Numbered from the stretch's first letter, positions 19,378 through 29,393 are shown. The stretch is 64,000 nt of DNA from Leptolyngbyales cyanobacterium (GCA_038231055.1 JBBRMC010000001.1:1983-65982), one strand, 5' to 3'. Made by a program: numbers and translations. Notes: a model not told the origin generated them from the letters alone.

Positions 19378-20797
19378 CAGCAGATTGGTACAAGAAGTAT
19401 TCGGTAGTCTGAGTATTGATAAAACCCGGTTGCCTTCGAGTGGTTTGACTGCTGTTGGAGTTCCTAGTTTTGTCGCTGAATGGCTACTAGACAAGATTGT
19501 GCCAGGTACGGGTGCATTAACTTCTGATGAGCTAGAAAAAGTCAATGCGTTTGTCAAAAAAGCGTTTCCTCGGAAGGACGATCGCAATGAAATCCTTTTC
19601 GATTTAACTCAAGGTGAAGTTCGCAAGTTGATTGCGCTCATGCAGGTAAGAGTCAAATTAGAGCAGGGATCTGGAGAAATCCCCGATCCTTTTGCCCGAA
19701 TTCCAGTTCTAAATTTATCAGATTGTGCCATTCCATTGAACTTAATTGAGCGTAATAAGATGCTGTTGCGTCAAGGGGTTTGGGGCAAAATTAGCCTCGC
19801 TATGCAGCCTGATGGGAAAGTTGAAGTGATGGACTTCGACCCCTTCCAATGCTCTAAGGTTGACCTTCAAGCTTACGCAGGCTGTCGAGCAAAATTTACG
19901 ACGGAGCAGTGGCGTGACTTGCTCTGTTGCTCGATCGGGTTTAACCCTGACCATCCCAGCTACACTCATCAAGCAAAAACTTGGGTACTTGCTCGACTGC
20001 TGCCATTAGTAGAGTCCAACTTCCACATCATGGAGCTTGCGCCAAAGGGCACGGGTAAAAGCTTTGTATTCGAGAACATCAGCAGCAAAGTTGCTCTCAT
20101 TAGTGGTGGAAAAGTCACGCCAGCGCAGCTTTTTATTAATGGAAAAACTAAGGAAGTAGGACTACTCGGAAGGCACGATGTTGTTGTTCTAGATGAAGTC
20201 CAGAGCTTAAGCTTCGATAACCCTGATGAAGTGATTGGACCGCTCAAAACGTATCTTGCAAGCGGTCGCTATAATCGCTCTGGCTTTCAAGATATCGCAA
20301 GCGATTGCTCCCTGGTGATGCTGGCAAATATTGAGCTAGACGAATATCTGCGCCCTCGCAACGAGGATCACTTAGTTGCGGATTTGCCTAAGTTTTTCGC
20401 TGAGACTGCTTTTCTTGATCGCTTTGCTGGAATAATTCCAGGCTGGAAGATTCCCAAGTTTCAGAGAGAAATGGCAGCCTCTCAAGTTGGGTTGAAAATG
20501 GATTTCTTTGGCGAAGCTCTACTTTGTCTGCGCCATGACAACCGTTTCTTCTCCTACGTACAGCAACACACAAAATTTGATAAAAGTGCTACCGTCCGCG
20601 ATCAGAATGCCATCCTTAAATCAGCAGCAGGGTTTCTCAAAATTCTCTATCCCCACCTAAGCCTAACCCTGATGGACTTTCAACGCGACTGTCTAGATCC
20701 AGCCCGTAGTTTGCGGCAGGCGATTCGTTCCTCACTGTATTATCTTGATGATGAGTTTAAGCAGTTTGGTTCAGAAATTTACGCTGAGGCACAGTGA
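19361..20797 (+). CDS. brxL: BrxL-like AAA+ protein with no recognisable C-terminal Lon domain
   Basis: ELAPKGTGKS, VVLDEV, AFLDRF..IPGW and VRDQNA motifs; only 478 aa. Confidence 0.8.
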   Translation: MMISYNSRLVQEVFGSLSIDKTRLPSSGLTAVGVPSFVAEWLLDKIVPGTGALTSDELEKVNAFVKKAFPRKDDRNEILFDLTQGEVRKLIALMQVRVKLEQGSGEIPDPFARIPVLNLSDCAIPLNLIERNKMLLRQGVWGKISLAMQPDGKVEVMDFDPFQCSKVDLQAYAGCRAKFTTEQWRDLLCCSIGFNPDHPSYTHQAKTWVLARLLPLVESNFHIMELAPKGTGKSFVFENISSKVALISGGKVTPAQLFINGKTKEVGLLGRHDVVVLDEVQSLSFDNPDEVIGPLKTYLASGRYNRSGFQDIASDCSLVMLANIELDEYLRPRNEDHLVADLPKFFAETAFLDRFAGIIPGWKIPKFQREMAASQVGLKMDFFGEALLCLRHDNRFFSYVQQHTKFDKSATVRDQNAILKSAAGFLKILYPHLSLTLMDFQRDCLDPARSLRQAIRSSLYYLDDEFKQFGSEIYAEAQ

Positions 20798-21960
20798 CCA
20801 AAGGACATAGAGCGATATACCTGGACTACCATTCCACAACTCCAGTCGATGCTAGAGTTGCTGAACGGATGTTGCACTACATGACAACTGCTTTTGGCAA
20901 TGCTAGCAGTACTGATCACGATTATGGTGATGATGCCCAACAAGCAGTGGCAACAGCAGCCTCTCAAGTCGCTGAACTGATTGGAGCTTCTGCTAGAGAA
21001 ATTGTGTGGACTTCTGGCGCAACCGAAAGCATTAACTTAGCTATCCAAGGCTGCTTAAAGTCGTCTCCTAATTTTCCTTGCCGAGTTGCTACTCTCTCTA
21101 CAGAGCATAAAGCTGTTCTAGATACGTGTGAGGCGTTAGTTAAGCAAGGTGTCGCTGAGGTCATTTTTCTTCCGGTCGATTGTGAGGGCAGATTTAATTT
21201 GAGGGATTTAGAGAAAGTTTGTGCTGACGGAATCTCTCTTTTATGTGTCATGGCAGCCAACAATGAAATTGGCACGATTCATCCTCTTCAAGACATTGGA
21301 CAAGTGACTCAACGCTATAAAGTCCCTTGGCTCTGCGATGCGTCTCAAGCTGTAGGAAGAATTCCACTTGAGTTTGAGAAATGGGGCATCACTTACTTAG
21401 CGATTTCTGCCCACAAGCTTTACGGACCTAAAGGAGTTGGTGCATTAGCTATTCGCAAAAATCATCACTTGCATCCTATTCTTTTCGGGGGTGGACATCA
21501 GCGCGGCATGAGATCAGGCACACTCAACGTACCAGGAATTGTGGGATTAGGTGAAGCGTGTCGATTGCGACAGCTAGAAATGGAAGAGGATGAAAGCGCG
21601 ATCGCAGTTAAGCGTGATCTTTTGCAAAATCTTCTGCTTGAGAGAGTTCCAGGACTTGTTGTGAATGGGAATCTGGATTCACGCCTCGCTGGTAATCTTC
21701 ATATTTCTGTGCCCGAAGTGCTTAACAGTGCTGTGATTTCTAGAGTTCGTTCTAAATTGGCAATTTCCACAGGGTCAGCTTGCTCATCAGGGGTAGAGGC
21801 TCCATCTCACGTTCTTCAAGCCTTGAAACTACCACCTGAAGTTTTAGAGGGGGCGCTACGAATTGGAATTGGAAAGTTTACGGCTGAGGCAGAAATTTAC
21901 CAAGCAGCAGAGATTTTAGGCAGTGCAATTCAGTCAACTCGTTTAGCAATGCTTTCCTAA
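20794..21960 (+). CDS. sspA: Cysteine desulfurase (SspA/DndA/IscS-like)
   Basis: YLDYHSTTP, SGATES, NNEIG, SAHK.YGPKG (PLP Lys) and GSAC (catalytic Cys); overlaps the brxL stop. Confidence 0.9.
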   Translation: MTKGHRAIYLDYHSTTPVDARVAERMLHYMTTAFGNASSTDHDYGDDAQQAVATAASQVAELIGASAREIVWTSGATESINLAIQGCLKSSPNFPCRVATLSTEHKAVLDTCEALVKQGVAEVIFLPVDCEGRFNLRDLEKVCADGISLLCVMAANNEIGTIHPLQDIGQVTQRYKVPWLCDASQAVGRIPLEFEKWGITYLAISAHKLYGPKGVGALAIRKNHHLHPILFGGGHQRGMRSGTLNVPGIVGLGEACRLRQLEMEEDESAIAVKRDLLQNLLLERVPGLVVNGNLDSRLAGNLHISVPEVLNSAVISRVRSKLAISTGSACSSGVEAPSHVLQALKLPPEVLEGALRIGIGKFTAEAEIYQAAEILGSAIQSTRLAMLS

Positions 21961-22088
21961 CTTTGATTTTCTCAGTGTTGATCCAAGGGATTGCTCTATA
22001 GCAAATCGGCGATCGTGGAAGAAGTAAACCATGCACATGGCATCGATCAATCTCAGACATTCAAGTGAATGCGATCGCCTGTGGAGCG

Positions 22089-24698
22089 CTATCTCAGTTC
22101 TGAGCGATCGTCATTCTCTTGATTAATCTCAGCTTGAAGTTCTTGGAGGAGCGATTGCGTCAGTGGATGTTTTGAGAGTTGATCTGTCCGGTTCTCTTGA
22201 ATTATAGCGGTGGTCACATAGCTTGCGGCATTGAGTTTTCGTAGACGAACGCTGCTGCTCAGTGAGTTTTGGTATTCTGCCGCAACCTTACGGGCGACAG
22301 CTATACTTGTAGCAAGAGAACTCGAAAATTATTCCAGCCCCGTTGAGTACTTAAATGATCCTTGTCTAATTTCTTCAACTTGATTTCTAGCGATCTCGCA
22401 TAGAAACGTTCTGCCTCACCGTAACGTTCCTGCGATGTAAAAAGCTTTGCCAAATTATTGAGACTAGTTGCAATGGCGGGATGATCCTCTCCTAACAAAT
22501 GCTCTTTGAGCTTGAGTGCTCGTACTGCTAGTTCCTCAGACTCTTGGTGTCGTCCTTGAGCAAGGTAGATCGCTGCCAAACTATTGAGATTTTTTGCTAT
22601 GCTGGGATGGCTTTCTTCCAATTGGTGCTCTCTAATTTTCAGAGATCTCTTAATGCTGCATTCAGCCTCTTTGTACTTTTTCTGCACATAGTAGAGATTT
22701 GCTAGGTTACTGAGACTTGTTGCCACTGCAAGATCGTTAACCCCTGAGATTGTCTCCTTGATTATCAGTGACTTCTTATAAAGTCGTTCTGCTTCTTCAT
22801 AGTTCTTTTGATCTTGATAGAGCAAAGCTAGATTATTCAGACTAGCTGCAACGTCAAGATGATCTTCTCCCAATTGCTGCTCTCGAATTGTTAGTGCTCT
22901 CTTACAAAAACGTTCAGCTTCGGTGTAACGCCCTTGATCTTCGAGAACTACTCCTAATTCTGCAAGGCTAGTTGCAACATCAAGATGATTTTCTCCTAAT
23001 TGATTCTCTCGAATTACCAGCGCTCGTGAAAAAAAGGCTTCTGAATCCTCAAAGCGCCCCTGTGTGTAGTAAAGTCCTGCCAGATTGTGAAAGCTGGTTG
23101 CGGTATTGAGATGGTTGCTTCCTAAACGTTGTTCTGAGATTACTTGGCATTGCTCATACCACTCTTCTGCTTCTACAAAAGCTGATTGTTCATGATAAAA
23201 CCGAGCAATCCGAGTCGAAGGCGTGATTATATCTGCATCTGCTAGCCAAGGTTTCAGAGTGGTTGCTGCTTCTTTAAAGTGCGGAATGAGTGGTGTAAGT
23301 TGCTCAATTATCGAGGCAGTTATCATTAGAGGAAACTGCTCTGCGATAAATGACATTACTCGGCAGAACTCTTGCTTCAATGCTTCCGCTACTGCCGTCT
23401 GCTCTCGCTTCGATACAAAAAACTCCTTCAGCAATTGATGCAGTTGGTATATTCCTTTATCCACTCGTTTCAGCAGATGCGTTCCCACAAGCTGCTCATC
23501 CCGAATCTCCTCCAACTCTTCAGTATCCTCGTCCGGCAAACACTGCTCCACCATTGTCCACGGAATCCCTGCCAAGGCAAACAGACTCAACGCTATCGCC
23601 AATTGCTGCGCTGACTCCTCCAAGTCCTGCCAACTCAACTCAAATGCAGCTGCCACTCCCAATGATGCTGTCATCCCTGGTTCAGCCTGCTTAAAAGCTC
23701 TCGCTTCTAAGCGTTTATCCTGCAACCGCTGCCACAACTGCGCCAGCGACAAATCTTGTTTTCTCGCTAGATACCGTCCTGCTAATTCCAATCCCAACGG
23801 TAGGTAGCCTAACCATTCACATAGTTGTTTTGCCTCATCTAATTGCTGATCAATGCGATCGTCCTTCACAAGCGATCTTAATAACGCCAATGCCTGATCT
23901 TTTGACAAAACATCGAGTTGTAATTCTTGCACCGAAGACCCAAAGCGAGATCGCGTTGTCATCAAAATTTTGAAGCGCAAATCCATTCCCTCCAACAACG
24001 GTTTGATTGTGGCATAATCCTGCACATCATCAAAGATGAGTAATGTATCTCCCTCGCGCCAATGTCCCCAACACCACGTCACCTTTTCCGCTAATTCCAG
24101 ACCTTCAGGTGGAGTCAAATCCAAACACTTTAGAGCAAAACTAATAATTTGGGTTCCCACTTCCTCGCGTGCCCGCAGCCAGCACACGCCACCCGAATAC
24201 GTTCCCGATTGCCAAGCTCCTGCCGCATACTGCAAGGCTAATTCTGTTTTGCCAATTCCGCCCATGCCCTCGATCACTGAGATGGCAACGCGATCGTTCT
24301 GATGTAACTGCCGATGCAGCGTTTCTAACTCTGTTTCCCGCCCAACAAATTTAGTGACCCCACTGTAGGTGTAGGGCAAATTGTGTGGAATCCTTTGACT
24401 CTCTTGCCGTTGTTTCTCAAGAAAGACTTCTAAAACTGCTTTAAGTGGTTTCGGCATTAACGTGATAGTGGCTTCCGACGTTGGCAATTCCACCTTCTTT
24501 AACCCAAACCTGATACCCTGTAGCATCGCCCAAATTAATCTGAATAATGCGTTGGTCGCTGTACAAAGAGGCTTTTAATTCTGCGTCACGATAGAGTTTC
24601 GCTTCTAAATCACTCACAATCTGAACCGAGTCAGTCTGTGAATTGGTTTGCAGCCTTTCAGCAATGATTTGACACAGTTGCCCAATTGGATCAGTCAT
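22089..24698 (-). pseudogene. NB-ARC + TPR NLR-like protein, disrupted by a +1 frameshift (24446-24448) and a MITE (22205-22303)
   Basis: GMGGIGKT, LLIFDDV, GYLPL and many TPRs in ORF 22301-24526. Removing 1 nt joins ORF 24441-24698 (HVNAET-LKAVLEV), and removing the MITE restores LLLQV-IQENRTDQLSKHPLTQSLL...; the reconstructed protein is 835 aa. Confidence 0.8.
22205..22303. mobile_element. 99-bp MITE, IS630/Tc1-like (TA target duplication)
   Basis: Imperfect 26-bp TIRs TAGCGGTGGTCACATAGCTTGCGGCA and TGCCGCAACCTTACGGGCGACAGCTA, flanked by TA at 22203-04 and 22304-05; precise excision restores the reading frame. Confidence 0.8.
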
Positions 24699-24716
24699 AG
24701 CTTCCAGGAATTTGCA

Positions 24717-25154
24717 TCAAGGGTTCGTTTGCTGGTCGTGAAAATGAATCTCGCCAACGTATGCGGTTCCGCCTTCAACTTTGGTTTGCCACCCTTTAGC
24801 GTTGTCGGAATTATTTTGATGCATCGAGCTATTGTCTTGAATCTTGCCTGCATGAATTTTTTGTGCCAACAGCCGAATGTCATCGGCAAAGGGGAGATCA
24901 TCATCCATTGCTACCTGTAAATAGGCAACGAGCCGATCTAATTCTGCCTTGGAGCCTGCTTCGATCGAAGTCAATGCTGCCTCAGCGGTCGGCTTTCCTT
25001 GCATCTTGTTCCAGATCACTTTACGGAGATCATCCATTTTCACGATCGCACTTTCTGTAAACTTTTTGGCGAGTTCTCCCGCACCAGATTCGATAAATTT
25101 CTTAAAGGCGAGATCAGCGATCGCGGCAGCAGTGAGCGTTGATACAGGTTCCAT
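24717..25154 (-). CDS. Bell-like helical protein with C-terminal candidate amyloid signalling motif
   Basis: MEPVS.LTAAAI start, about 100 aa helical body, C-terminal QNNSDNAKGWQTKVEGGTAYVGEIHFH; immediately upstream of the NLR. Confidence 0.65.
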   Translation of the reverse strand: MEPVSTLTAAAIADLAFKKFIESGAGELAKKFTESAIVKMDDLRKVIWNKMQGKPTAEAALTSIEAGSKAELDRLVAYLQVAMDDDLPFADDIRLLAQKIHAGKIQDNSSMHQNNSDNAKGWQTKVEGGTAYVGEIHFHDQQTNP

Positions 25155-25253
25155 TAGAGCAACTCCGGGATATCACTGTCTCTTTTCTAGCTCTAGACGA
25201 GAGAATCTTCCGCAAACTTCATAGTTTATGCAGAAAACTCCTCCCAGGTTTCG

Positions 25254-25994
25254 CTATTCGTGATTATTTTTAGGATGAGTCAATTTGAGCAACTCTTCAA
25301 TGCTCCAGCATTGATTAGAATGCTTCTGTAAATGCGGTTGCAATTTCATTAACTCAGCCTGCTCTGAGCTTTTCCCTTGCACAATCTTGATTAAATGATC
25401 GCTAGGCTGAATCCCAACCTCTTGAGCAAACCGCGTGATCGTCACCGAGTTCACGCTGCCATATCGAGCCTCAATCTCATCAATGATCGCATCCTGAATT
25501 GTTCGCGGCAAAAAGCGCTCCTCCGTTGATACGGGTGGTTCAGATTTTCGAGACCGCTTTGAGGACGGAGGGATGCTGAGTAGCCCGATCGCGGATTGCA
25601 GAATTTGTAGAATTTCCGGTCGAGTCTCCGTTAGGCGGTGCATTAGCTGTCCGATCGCCGCTTCCAAAACCCTGAACAATTCCTGCGTTGATAACGTCGG
25701 TAGCCGCTCTAGAACGAATTGGGCTTCTGATTGAGTGGGTGCTTCAAGCCCTAAACACGTTCTCAGACTCATGCTTCCTCTCAGATAAGCCCGAATCGCA
25801 TCGGCTGAAATGCTAGACCCGTGACTCAGCTTCTCTACGCCTTCCTCGTTGATGCCGCCTTGACCGCTTTCCCAACGCCGAATTGTGCTGTGCGTCACGC
25901 CAAGCTGAGAACCAAAAACATACGTGCTGGCATCGCCGCGTAAGCGTCTGACTAATCGAGCAAGTCGCCCACTACGATCGTTCTCCTGCACCAC
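25254..25994 (-). CDS. XRE-family HTH transcriptional regulator
   Basis: LVRRLRG...FGSQLGVTHSTIRRWESG. Confidence 0.75.
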   Translation of the reverse strand: MVQENDRSGRLARLVRRLRGDASTYVFGSQLGVTHSTIRRWESGQGGINEEGVEKLSHGSSISADAIRAYLRGSMSLRTCLGLEAPTQSEAQFVLERLPTLSTQELFRVLEAAIGQLMHRLTETRPEILQILQSAIGLLSIPPSSKRSRKSEPPVSTEERFLPRTIQDAIIDEIEARYGSVNSVTITRFAQEVGIQPSDHLIKIVQGKSSEQAELMKLQPHLQKHSNQCWSIEELLKLTHPKNNHE

Positions 25995-26060
25995 CCGAAT
26001 CTGTTACCTTTTCTAGACAATCCAACACTAGCACCGAATTACCTCGATCAAGTCTTCAAC

Positions 26061-26084
26061 TTTTAGAACTAAGAAATTCTAAAA
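26061..26084. promoter_or_regulatory. Candidate operator in the divergent promoter next to the XRE regulator
   Basis: Perfect inverted repeat TTTTAGAA-N8-TTCTAAAA. Confidence 0.35.
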
Positions 26085-26168
26085 AACTAGCATCTTTTGT
26101 TCTTAAACATGGTACTCTTGTCCTAGATAAAGCAGTCATTTGTCTCCAAGCACGAGGAGATTCATCTC

Positions 26169-26720
26169 ATGCCTCATCCAAAACGGCAATCCTCAACGCC
26201 CAGAAAGCGGTCAACTGAACGACAGCTTGCGCTTGCCCGTCGCAGTCGCTCCATCAAGGCTTCGTGGTTACAAGTTCTCTCACTCGATTTGGTCGCGCTC
26301 TACCAAGCGGATCGCGCTCAGGCTGCACCGGATACCGTTGCTCGTAGTAGATCTCAGGCGACGTACTCGAATTCTGATTTCAGCGATCGACACTCCACGA
26401 CAGCCTCTCATCCCGATACGACTGAGGTTGCCGATCCAGTCCAGGAGACTCGCAATCTGGTTACACCCAAAAACGCTAATCAGCCAAGCGTCGCGCTGAC
26501 GATCGCCACGCGGAGTTTCTCATTTCTGCTGGGCATTCTGATTCGCTATGCTCTGATTCTCTATCTTCAACAGTGGGCAATTCTCCTTTCAGGGGTTGTG
26601 GTTGCGATTAGCGGTATCAGTGTCCTGATGGTCGTGGTCTTTGTCCCTTGGAAGAAGAAATTGTTCTGGAATTTAAGCTGTCTTTTTGGAGGGCTGCTAG
26701 TTGCAGTGCTATTCCTATGA
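26169..26720 (+). CDS. Hypothetical membrane protein
   Basis: About three hydrophobic C-terminal segments; ATGA overlap with the next gene. Confidence 0.6.
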   Translation: MPHPKRQSSTPRKRSTERQLALARRSRSIKASWLQVLSLDLVALYQADRAQAAPDTVARSRSQATYSNSDFSDRHSTTASHPDTTEVADPVQETRNLVTPKNANQPSVALTIATRSFSFLLGILIRYALILYLQQWAILLSGVVVAISGISVLMVVVFVPWKKKLFWNLSCLFGGLLVAVLFL

Positions 26721-27151
26721 GCCATTCACCCAAACCGCAATATCTGAAAATCTCAGTTGCCCTGCTGGTTGTGGGCGCGATCGCTGCTGCTTCGCTCAAA
26801 CTCCTTTGGCAATTCAATCCAAATCTGTTCTTGATCTCTGCATTCACTCCTATTGATGAGCTTCAGTGTGCAGAAATGGTCACACCGAATGCACTGCTTA
26901 GTCGAGAGCGTATTTTGAAGCTGATGACGATCGTGGAAGGAGCCAACAAAGCAGGAGTTCGAGGTGTCCTGAAAACTCCCTATTGCAAATTAAAACCGAT
27001 GACTATTCGCGCAGGAGCGATCGCTGAACGGGAGGTTTATCCGCTTGAGTTTGACCCGACCATTTGGGCAGTCATTCTCTACGAGGACAACCGTTATGTG
27101 GGAGTTCGATTAGTGCCTCGAACTCAGCAGTGTTCTGGTTCGACACTATAG
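26717..27151 (+). CDS. Hypothetical membrane-anchored protein
   Basis: ATG 26717 overlaps the previous stop; N-terminal TM segment; AEREVYPLEFDP. Confidence 0.6.
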   Translation: MSHSPKPQYLKISVALLVVGAIAAASLKLLWQFNPNLFLISAFTPIDELQCAEMVTPNALLSRERILKLMTIVEGANKAGVRGVLKTPYCKLKPMTIRAGAIAEREVYPLEFDPTIWAVILYEDNRYVGVRLVPRTQQCSGSTL

Positions 27152-27171
27152 CAATCAAGGAGTATTGCCTG

Positions 27172-27639
27172 ATGAGTAGGAAGTTTTGGGCGTGTTTGTT
27201 TATGGGATTAATGAGTAGCAGTCTGTCGGCTTGTGGTTTGAGCAAACCTCAGCCATCCGCTGCTGCCAAGCTGATGAGCATTCAGATTTATCAGAAATGG
27301 GAGCTTCAACGCGGTGATCGCGTTCAGAACCAGCCTATTGTGAGCGCGCTCGGTGATCTCGCGATTGAGACAAATGGGGAACCGACCTATGCACCAATGA
27401 ACGGGGAAGCCAAGCGGGACCAAACTGGGCGTGTACTGTTTGCTGGAGCAGAACTTCCGGGTTATCTGTTTCGATTTTGTGGGCTGACTACTGCAAAGGT
27501 CGGGACGCTGCGGAAAGGGCAGGTAATGGGAACGGCAGATCTTTTGGTATTCGCGACTTTTCGGAAGCAATCGAATGGCACTTGGGCATTTGTAGAACCC
27601 AGTAAAGCGACGATCGAGCAAATCCTAAAGCGCAGTTAA
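27172..27639 (+). CDS. Putative lipoprotein
   Basis: AAGGAG RBS, ATG 27172, lipobox LSAC. Confidence 0.65.
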   Translation: MSRKFWACLFMGLMSSSLSACGLSKPQPSAAAKLMSIQIYQKWELQRGDRVQNQPIVSALGDLAIETNGEPTYAPMNGEAKRDQTGRVLFAGAELPGYLFRFCGLTTAKVGTLRKGQVMGTADLLVFATFRKQSNGTWAFVEPSKATIEQILKRS

Positions 27640-27652
27640 GCAAGAGGCTGCA

Positions 27653-28135
27653 ATGGCAATGGAAGAAGGCTTTTTCATTCAGGTCGTTGAGGAACACCAC
27701 TCACCATTTAATTCAGTGCTGGAGAGATTTCCAGAGGGGTTTCCCGCGCTGATGCTAGCAGATCAGGTAACTGGAAAGCTGTATCCTGCTCGGTTCAAGC
27801 GAGATAAGAGCGGTGATATCTTTTGGCTCGTTGATCGTAAACAGGTGCGCCTAGATCAGTGGATGGTGCTCGATGCGCTGTATGGACAATGTATCGACTG
27901 TCTATGGGTAAATTGGGAGTTGTATGCAGAGTTAACGGGTGAACTCCTGCCAGATGAGCGATCGGGGGATGAAGATTCGATTTACCCGTTGCTGGTTGAA
28001 ACTGCCAATGTCCCGATCGTGATGTTTGGCAGTTATTTCGGTATTTCTGAGCGGTGGGTTGAGAAGAGTGATCCCCGAATTCAACAGATTGTTGAAGCTC
28101 AGACGGTTTTGAAATTTAACTCTGCCAGACTGTAG
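27653..28135 (+). CDS. Hypothetical protein
   Basis: Operonic ORF with AGAGG RBS. Confidence 0.55.
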   Translation: MAMEEGFFIQVVEEHHSPFNSVLERFPEGFPALMLADQVTGKLYPARFKRDKSGDIFWLVDRKQVRLDQWMVLDALYGQCIDCLWVNWELYAELTGELLPDERSGDEDSIYPLLVETANVPIVMFGSYFGISERWVEKSDPRIQQIVEAQTVLKFNSARL

Positions 28136-28225
28136 ACGCGAAGGGATATAACGAATTGCAGAGAGACATAGAACTGCAACCAGTTCATAAACAGCTACGA
28201 CAACTGTAATTCAATGAAAGCGTGA

Positions 28226-28498
28226 ATGTATAACGCTTCAGAAACAATCATGAGATTAAACAGGAGAACAACCGTGACTCAACACTTAAACACCTACGAA
28301 TCTTCCTGTTCAGCGCTTGAGATGGATCGGCTTGTGACTTACATCGCACAGAACACGATCGATTCTGAGCAGTCGCTGATCAAACCTGATGAAGTTCCCG
28401 CCGTGGTGAATTGCTTGATTCAACGGTTGATTTGGCAACATACTCATTTGGATCAAGTCCTGCAAGAAAGTTTAGATGACTTGCGGTTTAGCGTCTGA
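28226..28498 (+). CDS. Hypothetical protein
   Basis: Short ORF; AGGAGA before an internal GTG suggests a later start. Confidence 0.45.
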   Translation: MYNASETIMRLNRRTTVTQHLNTYESSCSALEMDRLVTYIAQNTIDSEQSLIKPDEVPAVVNCLIQRLIWQHTHLDQVLQESLDDLRFSV

Positions 28499-28511
28499 TC
28501 CAAATCCTGAG

Positions 28512-29393
28512 TCACTGAATGAATTTTAGAATCTGTTCAGCCGTCACGTCCGGTTGCTCCAAATGAGGATTATGTCCACAGTGCTTGAGCCAAACAAGCT
28601 GGCTATGGTCGATCGCGCTGTGGAATTTCTCGGCATCCTGCGTGCCCAACACATCATCTGAGTCTCCCCACAAAATCAGGGTAGGATGCTGAACTTGGTG
28701 AATCCTCGCCTCTAACCCGGAGTAACCCCCGCTTTTGGTGAACGAAATGATGGCATCACTCCAACCGGGCATCTCGTGATGCAGCAGCGGACAGCGAATG
28801 GCATCCACCATCTGAAGGTCAGGAGTTGGCGTTGCCTCTGCTGCTGTTAACGCTGCCCATTTCCGCCAGCGCAACCACTCAGCGGCGATCGTGTCAAAGG
28901 GTGAAAAAAGCCATTGCCCGATCGCAAAACTGCCCGAAAAGCCAACGGTATCGATTAGCACTAATTGACTGACGCACTCTGGATAGGTCAGGGCGAAGTC
29001 GATCGCCACCGCCCCTCCCAAAGACGCACCGACGAGAACCACAGGTTGGTGAATGAGCGTTTGCCACACTTGATAAAGGTGTTGCCGAATCGAAGCGGGA
29101 TTGATGGACACTCCGCTCACTCGCTGAGTAAACCCAAAGCCAAACAAATCGACTGCCCACGTTTGCGTTTGACGGGCTAACCGAGGCAGGAGACAGCGAA
29201 ATTCGAGCAGAGAACTATCAAATCCGTGCAGCAGCAGAATGGGAGAATTGCCGTGTCCTTGATGCACGCAGGCAGTCGAGATAATCTGAGAAGTCGGTAC
29301 AAGTGTGATCGCGGGATGCTCGATCTGCTGGATTAAGGAAATTGCCTCTGGATCTCGAAGCTGCTGAATCTGGGAAGAAAAGCGGTGCATCAT
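28512..29393 (-). CDS. Alpha/beta hydrolase
   Basis: LLHGFDSS, DLFGFG, GASLGG nucleophile elbow, GHNPHLE. Confidence 0.9.
   Translation of the reverse strand: MMHRFSSQIQQLRDPEAISLIQQIEHPAITLVPTSQIISTACVHQGHGNSPILLLHGFDSSLLEFRCLLPRLARQTQTWAVDLFGFGFTQRVSGVSINPASIRQHLYQVWQTLIHQPVVLVGASLGGAVAIDFALTYPECVSQLVLIDTVGFSGSFAIGQWLFSPFDTIAAEWLRWRKWAALTAAEATPTPDLQMVDAIRCPLLHHEMPGWSDAIISFTKSGGYSGLEARIHQVQHPTLILWGDSDDVLGTQDAEKFHSAIDHSQLVWLKHCGHNPHLEQPDVTAEQILKFIQ

Noticed and set aside
7125-21960. PAPS reductase and desulfurase as housekeeping cysH and iscS
   Set aside because: They are embedded among DUF4007, ATPase and PglZ genes with no cys or isc/suf neighbours
22301-24526. Track ORF of 741 aa as an intact gene starting MLQGIRF
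   Set aside because: Its first ~28 residues are an out-of-frame read of the real N-terminus and its stop comes from the MITE
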